47,568 bases of DNA from positions 1 through 47,568 of the IMG/VR virus record IMGVR_UViG_3300020045_005258; one strand, given 5' to 3'. A model generated the notes under the pieces. That model was given only the letters and a program-made list of their open reading frames with translations, searched no databases and was not told where the DNA came from. Shown here one piece after another: positions 1 to 9,063 of this stretch. Numbering within the stretch: position 1 is the stretch's first letter; each line of letters begins with the position of its first letter. The stretch comes from a virus (taxonomy: Duplodnaviria; Caudoviricetes). The translations under genes and the position numbers were made by a program.

Positions 1-11
1 GGATGATTCCA

Positions 12-365
12 TTACTTTTTCTTGCGTCCGTCTACTTTAGAGTGAACCAAGGGCGCTTCAAGTGTCTCTGTAGCCTCAACAGTAACAAGCAAAGCTTCGT
101 TAGGACCTTGTGCTTTTTGCAATAGATCTAGTGCCTTTTTCAAGTCATCGGGGGTACCCAAAGATACATCTGTTTGAATTGCTACATCAACCCTTGGCTT
201 CATTACAGCAGTGTATACTGTACCGATTTGCAAGGGATACCCATCGTTTGACTCAAAGTCGAACTTATACCCATCTTGGATAACCTCTTGTACTTCCTTT
301 AGCCACTCTGCGAAACCATACGCCTCAATTCGTTTAAATCCGGTGTGTTCTTGAACTGTAATCAT
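12..365 (-). CDS. hypothetical phage protein
   Basis: 117-aa ORF with AAGGAG RBS (ctcctt 371-376) and upstream promoter. Confidence 0.8.
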   Translation of the reverse strand: MITVQEHTGFKRIEAYGFAEWLKEVQEVIQDGYKFDFESNDGYPLQIGTVYTAVMKPRVDVAIQTDVSLGTPDDLKKALDLLQKAQGPNEALLVTVEATETLEAPLVHSKVDGRKKK

Positions 366-400
366 AGTAACTCCTTACTGTTTAGTTGTGTTAAGGATGT

Positions 401-429
401 ATTATATCATTCATCTCAAGGAATAACAA
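401..429 (-). promoter_or_regulatory. sigma70-type promoter (leftward)
   Basis: TTGTTA-17 nt-TATAAT on the minus strand with extended TG. Confidence 0.6.
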
Positions 430-450
430 CTGATTTATTTGTACTCAATC

Positions 451-480
451 TTGCAAGAACACCAAGAAGTGTGATATAGT
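451..480 (+). promoter_or_regulatory. sigma70-type promoter (rightward)
   Basis: TTGCAA-18 nt-TATAGT with TGn extension, upstream of AAAGGAG RBS. Confidence 0.6.
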
Positions 481-510
481 CACCTTTGTTTAACTTAAAG
501 GAGAACACAA

Positions 511-846
511 ATGATAAGTAAAGTAATTGAAAAAGGTTGGCTGGAAGATGATCTCAAGAAGCTCCAGAAAGAACTAAAGGGAACTAAAGAGTACGTTCTT
601 GCTCAAGAGGAACTTATTGAAGAATTATTCAGTCAGATTGAAACCAAAGATGAACTAATATACCAAGAACAATTACCTTTATTCGACGCAAGTACACCTC
701 ACGAGGAATTTATGAATGCTATCATTAAGTACGGTGTAGTGAACTCCTGCGAATGGTTCGGATATGAAGCAGATAGTGAATTCACTTGGATTACTATTGA
801 TGTGCTGAATGAACGATTGTCAGAGCAAGGAAAGGAAGTAGAATGA
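511..846 (+). CDS. hypothetical protein
   Basis: 111-aa ORF, AAAGGAG RBS, overlaps next start (ATGA). Confidence 0.8.
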   Translation: MISKVIEKGWLEDDLKKLQKELKGTKEYVLAQEELIEELFSQIETKDELIYQEQLPLFDASTPHEEFMNAIIKYGVVNSCEWFGYEADSEFTWITIDVLNERLSEQGKEVE

Positions 847-2054
847 CAAAACAAATTGAGATAGTAGATGCACTTCCGGGTAGTGGAAAGACTCACTCAA
901 TTTTTGATTACATGGCAGATGACCAGTCAAAACCTTGGTTGTACCTTAGCCCACTGGAATCAGAAGTTCTAATTCGAGTGAAAGATGAAGCAGACCGCGT
1001 AGGAATGGCTTTCTTTAGCCCTCAGAAGGCTCATGGTACGCTTGCGCCTCAAGCACTGGAGTTATTCAAAGAAGGTAAGAATGTAGCCTGTACACACGCT
1101 CTTACTTTGTTCTTCAAGAAAGAGCACATTGAGTACATCAAGAGTCAAGGCTACAGGATTGTATGTGATGAGGAGTTGAATCTAATTGATGCCTACAAGA
1201 TTCACATCAAGGATATTGAATTCCTTTATTCAGAGAACATGATTAGTAAAGATGTTAACAACTTAGGTCGTATGTCATTTCTTAAAACAGATATGTCAGA
1301 AGATGCACGATATGGTGACATTAAGCGATTGTGTGATCGAGGTTGCTTGTACGGTGAAAAGACATCAGATACTATGCTTGTTACGTATCTATCACCTGAC
1401 TTGATCCTTAGTGCTAATCGGTTTATCTTATTGACGTATAACTTCGGTGGATCAATCATGCAAGCATTTCTTTCATTGCACGGAATTACTAATACTTCTT
1501 TATATGTACCTTTGCAGTTAAGCACAAAAGATAACAAAGCTGAACTAAGGACTTTATTTGAATTCGTAGAACCACCTTCAGTCAAGAAGGTACTTGAATC
1601 TCAAGGTAAGTATAACTTGTCATCTAGTTGGTGGGAAGCTGATACAGTAAGGAAAGGTATCAACCCTTCTGATATTAAGAAACTTATAGGGTCTTTACCT
1701 AAGTCTCAAGGGATTCCTTCTGGTAGTATGTACTTCACTGTACCTATGGGGAATAAAGAGAAGATCAAGAGTAGAAATATCAGCATGGAGAACTTGATAG
1801 CTTGTAATTGCAGAGCTACTAATGACTACGAGGATAAGTTGTACTGCATCCATGCTTTCAATATCTACATGAACGTAACAGTTAAGTCTTATCTATCAGG
1901 GTATGGCTATGAAGTCAACGAAGATGACTATGCATTGAACCAATCAATACAGTGGGTATTCCGTGGATGCATTCGTAAACGCAAAGCAATGAAGTTAACA
2001 TTCCTGAGTAAAAGAATGAATGCATTATTTAAGGAATGGCTATTAAAAGTATAG
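843..2054 (+). CDS. SF2 helicase-like P-loop NTPase (DEAD/DEAH-like, possibly origin-binding)
   Basis: Walker A DALPGSGKT, motif Ia YLSP, Walker B IVCDEE, motif VI-like QWVFRGCIR. Confidence 0.65.
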   Translation: MTKQIEIVDALPGSGKTHSIFDYMADDQSKPWLYLSPLESEVLIRVKDEADRVGMAFFSPQKAHGTLAPQALELFKEGKNVACTHALTLFFKKEHIEYIKSQGYRIVCDEELNLIDAYKIHIKDIEFLYSENMISKDVNNLGRMSFLKTDMSEDARYGDIKRLCDRGCLYGEKTSDTMLVTYLSPDLILSANRFILLTYNFGGSIMQAFLSLHGITNTSLYVPLQLSTKDNKAELRTLFEFVEPPSVKKVLESQGKYNLSSSWWEADTVRKGINPSDIKKLIGSLPKSQGIPSGSMYFTVPMGNKEKIKSRNISMENLIACNCRATNDYEDKLYCIHAFNIYMNVTVKSYLSGYGYEVNEDDYALNQSIQWVFRGCIRKRKAMKLTFLSKRMNALFKEWLLKV

Positions 2055-2242
2055 CAGAAGTTCACTTGAATTTAAGTACATCTAAATAAACATTACGCAC
2101 CTATGCATAATCTTTTCATTTAAACACCGAGGATTCCATGGAAGATAACGAGGTGTTCCCTAAATAAATGTATATAGAAAAGAGATAAGAAATATCCATA
2201 CAAAATGATAGCAAAAGTACAGTATAAAGTACCTACAAGATG

Positions 2243-2280
2243 AACCCATGGTGACCATTGAGTTGCTATGGGTTTTCTTT
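2243..2280 (+). terminator. rho-independent terminator
   Basis: AACCCATGGTGAC/GTTGCTATGGGTT stem followed by TTCTTT. Confidence 0.7.
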
Positions 2281-2860
2281 CGTCTGTACTATAGCTGCAC
2301 TGGCAAGAACTTAAGGCTTATCTAAAGAATTGAAATATCTTGATGTGGTGTAGTAGTTTTATTTATAAGACACAAGAATACAAATACCATAAGTATCTAT
2401 TCAAGAATACATCACCTACTGGTCTTTGATTCTACGAAAGTACTACAGGTAATGCACTCTTGATAGAACATAGACCAAGTAAATCCTTAATCTTGTTAAC
2501 AAAATACGGTGTTCTTTAGTACCTGAATATGTTGTGTTTATATTATTTTAATAAAATTATCTACTCAGTATCTATTCTAGAGGGTACAGTCTGTGGTACT
2601 AAAATATCAACATAGGTATTGACTAGACGGTCATTCTAGATTACACCTCAAGATAGAAGTAATTAAGTGTGTTGGTCTTGATATTCTTGTATTTATATAA
2701 TTTTTAAAATTTACTACCTCTAATCATTACCTCAGAAACTACCTCTACGTTAGAAAATATCAAGTTACTTGTGCTGTATTGATAGTGCCATCCAAAGATG
2801 ACCATAGGGTTACTATAAAGGGTAAAGACTACCCTTAATTCAATAAGATTGTGCTAACTA

Positions 2861-2980
2861 CTAAGACAGCTTTAAAGCCTCTAGGATCACTTCTAAGGCA
2901 TCCAAGTAGTGCTACTATGGATTCCACCTTAGCGTCTATCCTAGACCTTCCTAGTGCATCCTAGGTGTACTCCTGAGTAC
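2861..2980. other. phased (~10-11 bp) two-armed DNA element, gyrase-site-like
   Basis: CTAG/CTAA/TTAA steps at about 2862, 2873, 2882, 2894 and 2930, 2942, 2952, 2962; shares 11-13-mers with 46650-46770. Confidence 0.45.
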
Positions 2981-3429
2981 ATTTCCAATACCTGTAAGCA
3001 TTGTTGATGTATTGTGGATTTATTGCTAGGGATTCTATTGCGGATTGCTGAGTAATCTTGGAGTTTTTACCGCAGATAGGCTTATGTGTTTGATACCGCC
3101 CCACAACCCCATAATGTATTCACCGGAGAATTCTAAAATATCTGCACGTCGTATTCACATCATACCGCCGCTATAACTATGGGTTTCCTCGTGGTTTACT
3201 CTCATTCTGGGGTAGATTTTAGTGATCACCATCGACGATAAGACACCCTGAGGTGACTGCTGGTTGCATTGCTGAATGACCTTGTGGTGACCTCGCCATG
3301 GCCCTGTAGTACCCCTTAGAATGACCTGTAATGGAGTATTTTCAGGAAGTGCCACTATGAGGTGTTTTCATAATGAACCCTAAATAACCCAATACGTACC
3401 AATAGTGTATCATTTATACAACATATGGT

Positions 3430-3560
3430 TACTCCATAATGCTGCCATAGTCACCCATAAATCCACCCGTAACCCTCCATAATGCTTACATAAGCCCTAG
3501 GGATACACTTATAATGACCCACAAGACACCTATAGAGTAATTCTATAGTACCTATACAGT
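3430..3560. repeat. degenerate ~11-bp CCATAA/CTATAG repeat tract
   Basis: about a dozen CCATAA/CCATAG/CTATAG-like units roughly one helical turn apart. Confidence 0.55.
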
Positions 3561-3566
3561 AACGTA

Positions 3567-3586
3567 GAAAAGACCCCTTAGGGCCT
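3567..3586 (-). terminator. rho-independent terminator for leftward early genes
   Basis: minus strand AGGCCC-TAAG-GGGTCT followed by TTTC. Confidence 0.55.
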
Positions 3587-3604
3587 ATATCTTTGCTTAT
3601 TAGT

Positions 3605-3640
3605 CAACTATGCAACTATGCAACTATGCAACTATGCAAC
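3605..3640. repeat. tandem repeat (CAACTATG)x4.5
   Basis: perfect 8-bp units at 3605, 3613, 3621, 3629 plus CAAC. Confidence 0.95.
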
Positions 3641-3826
3641 CCTCTGCACGATATGCCTGCATTCGATATCTTGATTAACCCTTAATTCATCAATCATTTC
3701 TACTATCAATGCCAAGCCTCCGATCATCTTCCAGTCTCTTACGGTGCCTTTACTGCATAGGTAAGTGCCTACTGATGTGCAATTACCATCAGTGCCGATT
3801 GTGGTGGTGATTGTCGGTGTATGCAT
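3632..3826 (-). CDS. hypothetical early protein
   Basis: ATG at 3826 (MHTPTI...) with CAGGA RBS and TAGAAT -10 at 3865-3870. Confidence 0.65.
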   Translation of the reverse strand: MHTPTITTTIGTDGNCTSVGTYLCSKGTVRDWKMIGGLALIVEMIDELRVNQDIECRHIVQRVA

Positions 3827-3890
3827 GTTATATGATCCTGTTGAATGAATGATTAAGAACTTTGATTCTAGCTTACTTCGCTGTCTTACC

Positions 3891-4292
3891 TTATGGTCTA
3901 TCCCAAGTGAATGCACCTTCACCAATCATAGCAATCAAGGTTAAATCCGTAGCCGCTCCAACGTCTTCACCTGTACCATTCAAGATGACTTTAGAGTCAA
4001 CCAGAGTAGCTCTACCTTGCTTGACGTGCTCTGCATTAGAGGCATCAAAGAAGGTTACTACCCATTGCCCTAGGGGTGCTTGAGCGTGTAACTTATAGGT
4101 GTATGCTTCTTCTGTGCAATAGTAAAACACTGTTTGCTGATGCTTGGGGTTAACGTAAGAACACACGAATACCTCAGGAGAATCAATCTCAAGTGATACA
4201 GATGTATTGTCAGGTGCAAGCACGGACCCTCCTCCGCATGCAACCAAGAGGGATGTTAGGGCTATTGATAGGGTCGATTTGATAATGTTCAT
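3891..4292 (-). CDS. putative lipoprotein
   Basis: signal peptide with lipobox LVAC followed by GGG. Confidence 0.75.
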   Translation of the reverse strand: MNIIKSTLSIALTSLLVACGGGSVLAPDNTSVSLEIDSPEVFVCSYVNPKHQQTVFYYCTEEAYTYKLHAQAPLGQWVVTFFDASNAEHVKQGRATLVDSKVILNGTGEDVGAATDLTLIAMIGEGAFTWDRP

Positions 4293-4344
4293 GGTGTTGA
4301 TTGAATGATGTTAAACACCCCGATCTCTCAGGGTTGTCTCTTAC

Positions 4345-4455
4345 TTAGAACCCGTTGACTTTAAGGTAAAACACAACAGACACTAGAAAGCAAAGCATCA
4401 GTACTGGGAAGCCCCAAGCAATGAAAGCATCGATTGATTTAGAGATAGTTTGCAT
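4345..4455 (-). CDS. small membrane peptide (36 aa)
   Basis: MQTISKSIDAFIAWGFPVLMLCFLVSVVFYLKVNGF, AAAGGA RBS, own promoter at 4481-4489. Confidence 0.65.
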   Translation of the reverse strand: MQTISKSIDAFIAWGFPVLMLCFLVSVVFYLKVNGF

Positions 4456-4480
4456 GGTATTCCTTTGTTTGTGAGTCTTG

Positions 4481-4489
4481 ATTCTAGCA
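4481..4489 (-). promoter_or_regulatory. extended -10 early promoter TGCTAGAAT
   Basis: recurrent CTGTGCTAGAATCAA motif about 25 nt upstream of an ATG. Confidence 0.7.
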
Positions 4490-4568
4490 CAGTGAATTTT
4501 CCATTAGTTGTGTATTTGAGGGTGCATCTTGAACTATTTGAGTAGGTGTAAACCCGTAGTCGCAGTCT

Positions 4569-5141
4569 TTACTTGTTCCTTCTTTCTAACTCACTAGCCA
4601 AGTCTTCTAGCCGATTCATTTCTACCCCTATAGGAATGCCCCTATTGCCAGCTTGAGTCAAGTTGTTGATTGCATACATTAGGCTTTTGATATAGCTCTC
4701 ATCCATATTGTGCGTTTCTCTTATGTTGTTGATTGCTTCGTGCATTCTAAGATCAGCGTCATGTACCTCTCTAAGCACATCAAACAATATAGCCATAGGT
4801 GCATCTGGTTTCATCCAGTAAGGTCTGATCTTTGTATCGTCAACAACCTTGATCTTTTCTTTAAATCGTTTCATTGTTTTATCTTCTATGTCAATGGATT
4901 CTTTAGTGAAATCGTTCGGTTGAATCTTGCGGATTTCTTTAAGTATCTCACCCTTGGTCAACATATCTTTAGATTGTGCTTTCTTTATTAGATCATTAAT
5001 AGCACCCTTTTCGTTAGTGTTTTTACTTACACCTTTAAGGTTCTTTTTACACCAAACAACTGAGCACTTTATCTCTTTAGCTATGTCGTCATAAGATAAA
5101 CCCATTTCTCTTAATTCAATTGCTTTCTTTTTATCAATCAT
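4569..5141 (-). CDS. orphan HTH-domain protein (paralogue of 36244-36906)
   Basis: start MIDKKK with AGGAG RBS; HTH-like LREMGLSYDDIAKEIKCSVVWC; full-length similarity to 36244 ORF. Confidence 0.8.
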   Translation of the reverse strand: MIDKKKAIELREMGLSYDDIAKEIKCSVVWCKKNLKGVSKNTNEKGAINDLIKKAQSKDMLTKGEILKEIRKIQPNDFTKESIDIEDKTMKRFKEKIKVVDDTKIRPYWMKPDAPMAILFDVLREVHDADLRMHEAINNIRETHNMDESYIKSLMYAINNLTQAGNRGIPIGVEMNRLEDLASELERRNK

Positions 5142-5452
5142 AAATCTCCTATAGTATATAATAACATCCTTTATAATTATACCATGCAAGAAGGTAATAT
5201 GATAGTGCAGAAGTATATTTTTATATACTTATTTACTACTTTATACCTTTATATACTTATTGTATATTACTCCGAAAAAGTATACTCCTATTCCTCACCC
5301 AAAGCACTTCCACACAAACCACACCAATGGTGCCCCAGTGATACACACCACAATTGCACTATAAAGTACAAACCCAGTACAAACCCCAAGCACATAAGCT
5401 AGTTTCTTGATCCTATTGAATCTTTCATTGAATGCAGAGATGGATTCAATTA

Positions 5453-5740
5453 TCATGGTATAACCCGATCTACAATGTACTTCACACCCTTGGACTTAAT
5501 CCAGCAAGTGCCACTATTACTATAGATTGTGCAATATACCCTGAACCACTTACCCTCTAAGCGAATCATCCGATTTGTGGGGATTGCCTTACCGTATTCT
5601 GAGGCTGATCGGCTATATGGTGCTTGTGTAATCTTGACGCAATCATCAGGGATAGCATCAGTCAAATAATGAAGTGTTGCGCTATGGCGCGTTCCAGAGT
5701 CATCAGTGAAAGAATAAGAGGTAGAAGTGAAGTTAAACAT
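5453..5740 (-). CDS. hypothetical early protein
   Basis: 95-aa ORF in the leftward cluster. Confidence 0.75.
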   Translation of the reverse strand: MFNFTSTSYSFTDDSGTRHSATLHYLTDAIPDDCVKITQAPYSRSASEYGKAIPTNRMIRLEGKWFRVYCTIYSNSGTCWIKSKGVKYIVDRVIP

Positions 5741-5751
5741 AATGATTCTCT

Positions 5752-5952
5752 TTAAATTGTAGTGTAAACCAAGGTACCAAATTCAGCAGAGAAAGAAAAT
5801 TCCTCAACTGTGCATTTGTACCCGTTTGCAGCATTAAGGTTAGCAAATTCTACAGCTCTAGTATAAGCACAATAGTAGAAGGTCTTGGGGAATACTCTCA
5901 ATTGTTTATTACCGTGGAATACTGCAAAACAACCAATGTTTAAGTTTGACAT
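5752..5952 (-). CDS. hypothetical early protein
   Basis: 66-aa ORF, tightly packed. Confidence 0.7.
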   Translation of the reverse strand: MSNLNIGCFAVFHGNKQLRVFPKTFYYCAYTRAVEFANLNAANGYKCTVEEFSFSAEFGTLVYTTI

Positions 5953-5993
5953 AATGATTTTCTTGAGTTAAATGTTATTAAATACTGATTTAC

Positions 5994-6575
5994 TTAAATG
6001 TAAACACCCTTGAACATACAACGTTTTAGCATAGTACCCTGATCAGAGAAAACGATAGGTAATTCCCAGCGAGGACGTGAATCATCCAAAAAGAACCCCA
6101 TAGTCTTAAGTACCTTCACAGCTTCGAATTGCCATTGCTCTCCATAACCGTATTGAAAGGGAATATTGAATGATTTAAATCCACTACTAGTAGGTACTTG
6201 CACACAGCACGAAAAATAAGTATTACCGTTAACTTTATCGAACCATTTCCGACCTGTAACAATGATATGCTCACCATTCCAATCATTCAAATAGGACTCC
6301 TTGCATTCTTCCAGGGTCAACGCTTGAATAATCCCTTGCGCTTGCTTGATATGCCCAGCGGTGAATTTAGAGCCCTCCATGCGCTGCTTATCGGCTTCAT
6401 TGCGGGTAATATCCAAGAAGCTAATCCTATGGTTTGATCCTTGAAGCAAGGCATAACCACAATGTAAGCGGTCTTGATAGACTGTCCCATCATTCATAAC
6501 TGAGAGAATCAAATCATTAGCTTGATAAGATGTCGCACCAGTATCGTAAGGAGTGCAGGATGTAGTATTTTGCAT
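5994..6575 (-). CDS. hypothetical early protein
   Basis: 193-aa ORF with a WFDKVNGNTYFS...FQYGYG motif recalled from phage hypotheticals. Confidence 0.8.
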   Translation of the reverse strand: MQNTTSCTPYDTGATSYQANDLILSVMNDGTVYQDRLHCGYALLQGSNHRISFLDITRNEADKQRMEGSKFTAGHIKQAQGIIQALTLEECKESYLNDWNGEHIIVTGRKWFDKVNGNTYFSCCVQVPTSSGFKSFNIPFQYGYGEQWQFEAVKVLKTMGFFLDDSRPRWELPIVFSDQGTMLKRCMFKGVYI

Positions 6576-6659
6576 GATATTATTTAATCAAGTGATGGCT
6601 AAAATCAGCCCCCTAGGGTTCATTGGTTTAAACCCTAGGAGATAATTCTATTTTACTAT

Positions 6660-6842
6660 TTACATGTATTTATAGTGTTCTTCTTTTCGGGTCCTATGAT
6701 CAACCCCGCTTGACACCCGTTTATTATCGCGGGCTTCTTTGCGGTCACGGCTGGGTTTTCCTTTGGGTTTCTCTTCGTACCACGACAACCCATCGTCCGA
6801 TGTATACCATGATTGTAAATAAGTGTTGAAAAAGCGTTTCAT
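6660..6842 (-). CDS. small basic hypothetical protein
   Basis: start MKRFFN at 6842 downstream of promoter 6871-6879. Confidence 0.65.
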   Translation of the reverse strand: MKRFFNTYLQSWYTSDDGLSWYEEKPKGKPSRDRKEARDNKRVSSGVDHRTRKEEHYKYM

Positions 6843-6870
6843 TTTGTTGCCCTGTTTAATTTGTTGATTG

Positions 6871-6879
6871 ATTCTAGCA
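6871..6879 (-). promoter_or_regulatory. extended -10 early promoter TGCTAGAAT
   Basis: CTGTGCTAGAATCAA motif. Confidence 0.7.
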
Positions 6880-6883
6880 CAGT

Positions 6884-6967
6884 TCAGTTGAAGTAAGAGA
6901 CAACAGGGAGAACAATACCCCATATTGCAAGGTTGACATAAACGAAGAACTTATCTGTTGAGCGCAT
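6884..6967 (-). CDS. 27-aa hydrophobic peptide
   Basis: MRSTDKFFVYVNLAIWGIVLPVVSYFN with GGA RBS and own promoter. Confidence 0.5.
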   Translation of the reverse strand: MRSTDKFFVYVNLAIWGIVLPVVSYFN

Positions 6968-6993
6968 GATTATTTCCGGTTGATTAGGACTTG

Positions 6994-7002
6994 ATTCTAG
7001 CA
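6994..7002 (-). promoter_or_regulatory. extended -10 early promoter TGCTAGAAT
   Basis: CTGTGCTAGAATCAAGTCCTAATCAA. Confidence 0.7.
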
Positions 7003-7017
7003 CAGTTTGAATCCGTA

Positions 7018-7176
7018 TCATTCAAGAATTAAGATTCTACGTTTTGACCCCATGAAATTATTATAAGTCTCTTGATCTACAATTTCCCAGTCAAAATGCT
7101 CTCCGTCCCCGTTCCATGATGTGTCTGTTAGGATTTCGTAAACAATGTCCGATTCTGAGTAAATGATTGTTTTCAT
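7018..7176 (-). CDS. hypothetical protein (52 aa)
   Basis: MKTIIYSESDIVYEIL..., AAAGGT RBS, own promoter. Confidence 0.65.
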   Translation of the reverse strand: MKTIIYSESDIVYEILTDTSWNGDGEHFDWEIVDQETYNNFMGSKRRILILE

Positions 7177-7201
7177 TGTTTACCTTTTTGATTAGGACTC
7201 A

Positions 7202-7210
7202 ATTCTAGCA
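7202..7210 (-). promoter_or_regulatory. extended -10 early promoter TGCTAGAAT
   Basis: GTGCTAGAATTGAGTCCTAATCAA. Confidence 0.7.
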
Positions 7211-7216
7211 CGTATT

Positions 7217-7441
7217 CTACTTTGCTCCGTGAAGCTTTGCGTACTGACGCTGTAATTTATTTCGAGTGCAATCTGATGCTTTCCCGAACTTAGCAGCTTG
7301 ATGCCTTACAACGTCAACCCCTGCGGTTGTTGTTCCAAGGTATTGCCCACGTGATCCAATGTGCCACTTGAACCATTGTCCGGGTTGCATTGAATCGAAT
7401 TGCTGCTCATTGAAAATTGTGATCTCTTTTTGGTATCTCAT
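7217..7441 (-). CDS. hypothetical early protein
   Basis: ATG at 7441 after AGGTG RBS; TATAAT at 7469-7474. Confidence 0.7.
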   Translation of the reverse strand: MRYQKEITIFNEQQFDSMQPGQWFKWHIGSRGQYLGTTTAGVDVVRHQAAKFGKASDCTRNKLQRQYAKLHGAK

Positions 7442-7506
7442 GATATTCACCTGTTAAATTATGAGTCAATTATAGGGCGGTTTTAATGCCCTAGTAAAGT
7501 GAAGGG

Positions 7507-7719
7507 TTATTTGTACTGTTTAGCTAAAAATTCGGCCTGATCATATCCAAATAATTTACTATTTGCTTCTAATGGCTGCACTACTTCACGCCATATCTGA
7601 AACTCTGCCATTGTATCTTTTGTCTCATTGTGCCACCAGTAACCAGTTTGTAATACTGGACCGTTCATAAATCGATCAACCTTGAATTCTTCACCGATCC
7701 GATTAATAAATAAATGCAT
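7507..7719 (-). CDS. hypothetical early protein
   Basis: 70-aa ORF, AGGT RBS, TAGAAT at 7761-7766. Confidence 0.7.
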   Translation of the reverse strand: MHLFINRIGEEFKVDRFMNGPVLQTGYWWHNETKDTMAEFQIWREVVQPLEANSKLFGYDQAEFLAKQYK

Positions 7720-8135
7720 TTTGATCTACCTGTGAAACCGAAACATTTCGGCATAGATGAATTCTAACCGCAAAATTGAGCTTTCCTGATGCAGCCTGAA
7801 AATAAATTCAAGTGAAAACCCTAATGTGATTTTGTACAGTGCATGCGCTTCCATGGTTGATATGGCTTTGCCCTGACTGAATAGAAAACGCGCATAGGTG
7901 CCTGCGCGGTTATCATAAAATAATACCCCAGTAAACTCTGGGGTTATCCTGAGAATACACTTATATTCGAATGCACTTATATAAGCTTTGACTTATTTGT
8001 ACTTTCATTTCAGTAATTAGCCATTTCTATTCCTGAGCGATGACGCGGGTTTTTGTCAAATTTTAGTCCAAGGGTTTTTGGGATTAAAACCATCCGAGAA
8101 TTCCAGAATTGAAACTCTCAGGTAATTCTGATTTA

Positions 8136-8372
8136 CTAAATAAACTTCAATTCAGTAAAGCATCTACTAAAGCATCCGCCTTGAAGTAATTCAAAAACAA
8201 ACTCAAAAGTATTCCTGTACTTACTTCCATCTTTGTAATTAGTCCTTAATGAACAGCCAGTATCCTGAAGTAACTCAAGATTACATTGCTCATTTATTGA
8301 ATTCAATCTAGAAGCACCAGAGTGCGTCAAGGTGATTTCTACAAGGGAATCAAGGGTGAAATCATTGTTCAT
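8136..8372 (-). CDS. hypothetical protein
   Basis: ORF overlapping upstream gene, GGAG RBS. Confidence 0.65.
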   Translation of the reverse strand: MNNDFTLDSLVEITLTHSGASRLNSINEQCNLELLQDTGCSLRTNYKDGSKYRNTFEFVFELLQGGCFSRCFTELKFI

Positions 8373-8562
8373 CAAGGACTCCGAAGTGCTTCATTATAAG
8401 TGCCGAACTGAAATACTCCTCTTGTTCATCTAAAATGCTAACAGCTTCCATGATAATCAACTCAGCGAACTTCTCTTTATTGAAAATACGTTCTCCTGAG
8501 CTATTCCAAGACTGATTGTGCTCATAACATTGCTTCTCTAGCTCTTTAACTCTTTCATTCAT
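8362..8562 (-). CDS. hypothetical phage protein
   Basis: MNERVKEL...EKFAELII...IMKHFGV pattern typical of small phage proteins. Confidence 0.75.
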   Translation of the reverse strand: MNERVKELEKQCYEHNQSWNSSGERIFNKEKFAELIIMEAVSILDEQEEYFSSALIMKHFGVLDEQ

Positions 8563-8563
8563 C

Positions 8564-8884
8564 TTATCCTCCTATTCCTTCGTTGATTTTAACCACAGCA
8601 TCATCATGGACTTTCTGAATAATTCCATTAGCTATTTCTACAGATAGAGAATCCAATGTAATTTCTTGGTGATCTTCAGTTTCTTCATTGTACATCAGAA
8701 GTGAATCAATTTTCACTGAATTGATTTCAGTATATCCTCTGTAATCCCAGTCCGAATCAATACAACGATGATCGGCTTCTTGCTTATAAGCTAATACTGA
8801 GTACTCGCAAAGAAATGAACTAAAGGGTAAATCAATCTCTACTTGGAATGATTCCTGAATTGTCCCTGATTTATTACGTTTCAT
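8564..8884 (-). CDS. hypothetical protein
   Basis: 106-aa ORF, AAGGAG RBS. Confidence 0.75.
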   Translation of the reverse strand: MKRNKSGTIQESFQVEIDLPFSSFLCEYSVLAYKQEADHRCIDSDWDYRGYTEINSVKIDSLLMYNEETEDHQEITLDSLSVEIANGIIQKVHDDAVVKINEGIGG

Positions 8885-9051
8885 TGTTGCTCCTTGGGTT
8901 TAATTCTGTATTCTGTATCAACAAGCCAACTTGGATTACCTTCAACTTTACCCCATTGTTTTGTGAAAGAGTTTAAAAATTCAATAGTCTCTCCTTCAGC
9001 CCATGCTTTGATTACTTCAGCGTGCTTGTGCGGTATTAGTTCTTTATTCAT
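8881..9051 (-). CDS. small phage protein (56 aa)
   Basis: MNKELIPHKHAEVIKAWAEGETIE...EYRIKP, AAGGAG RBS; below ORF-track cutoff. Confidence 0.75.
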   Translation of the reverse strand: MNKELIPHKHAEVIKAWAEGETIEFLNSFTKQWGKVEGNPSWLVDTEYRIKPKEQQ

Positions 9052-9063
9052 ATTACTCCTTAT

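Noticed and set aside
3430-3640. CRISPR-like array
   Set aside because: Repeats are 8-11 bp, contiguous or degenerate, with no spacers and no cas genes.
4543-7825. Recurring AAACCC-type words in early intergenic regions as an operator
   Set aside because: Too short and variable to separate from chance without a statistical test.
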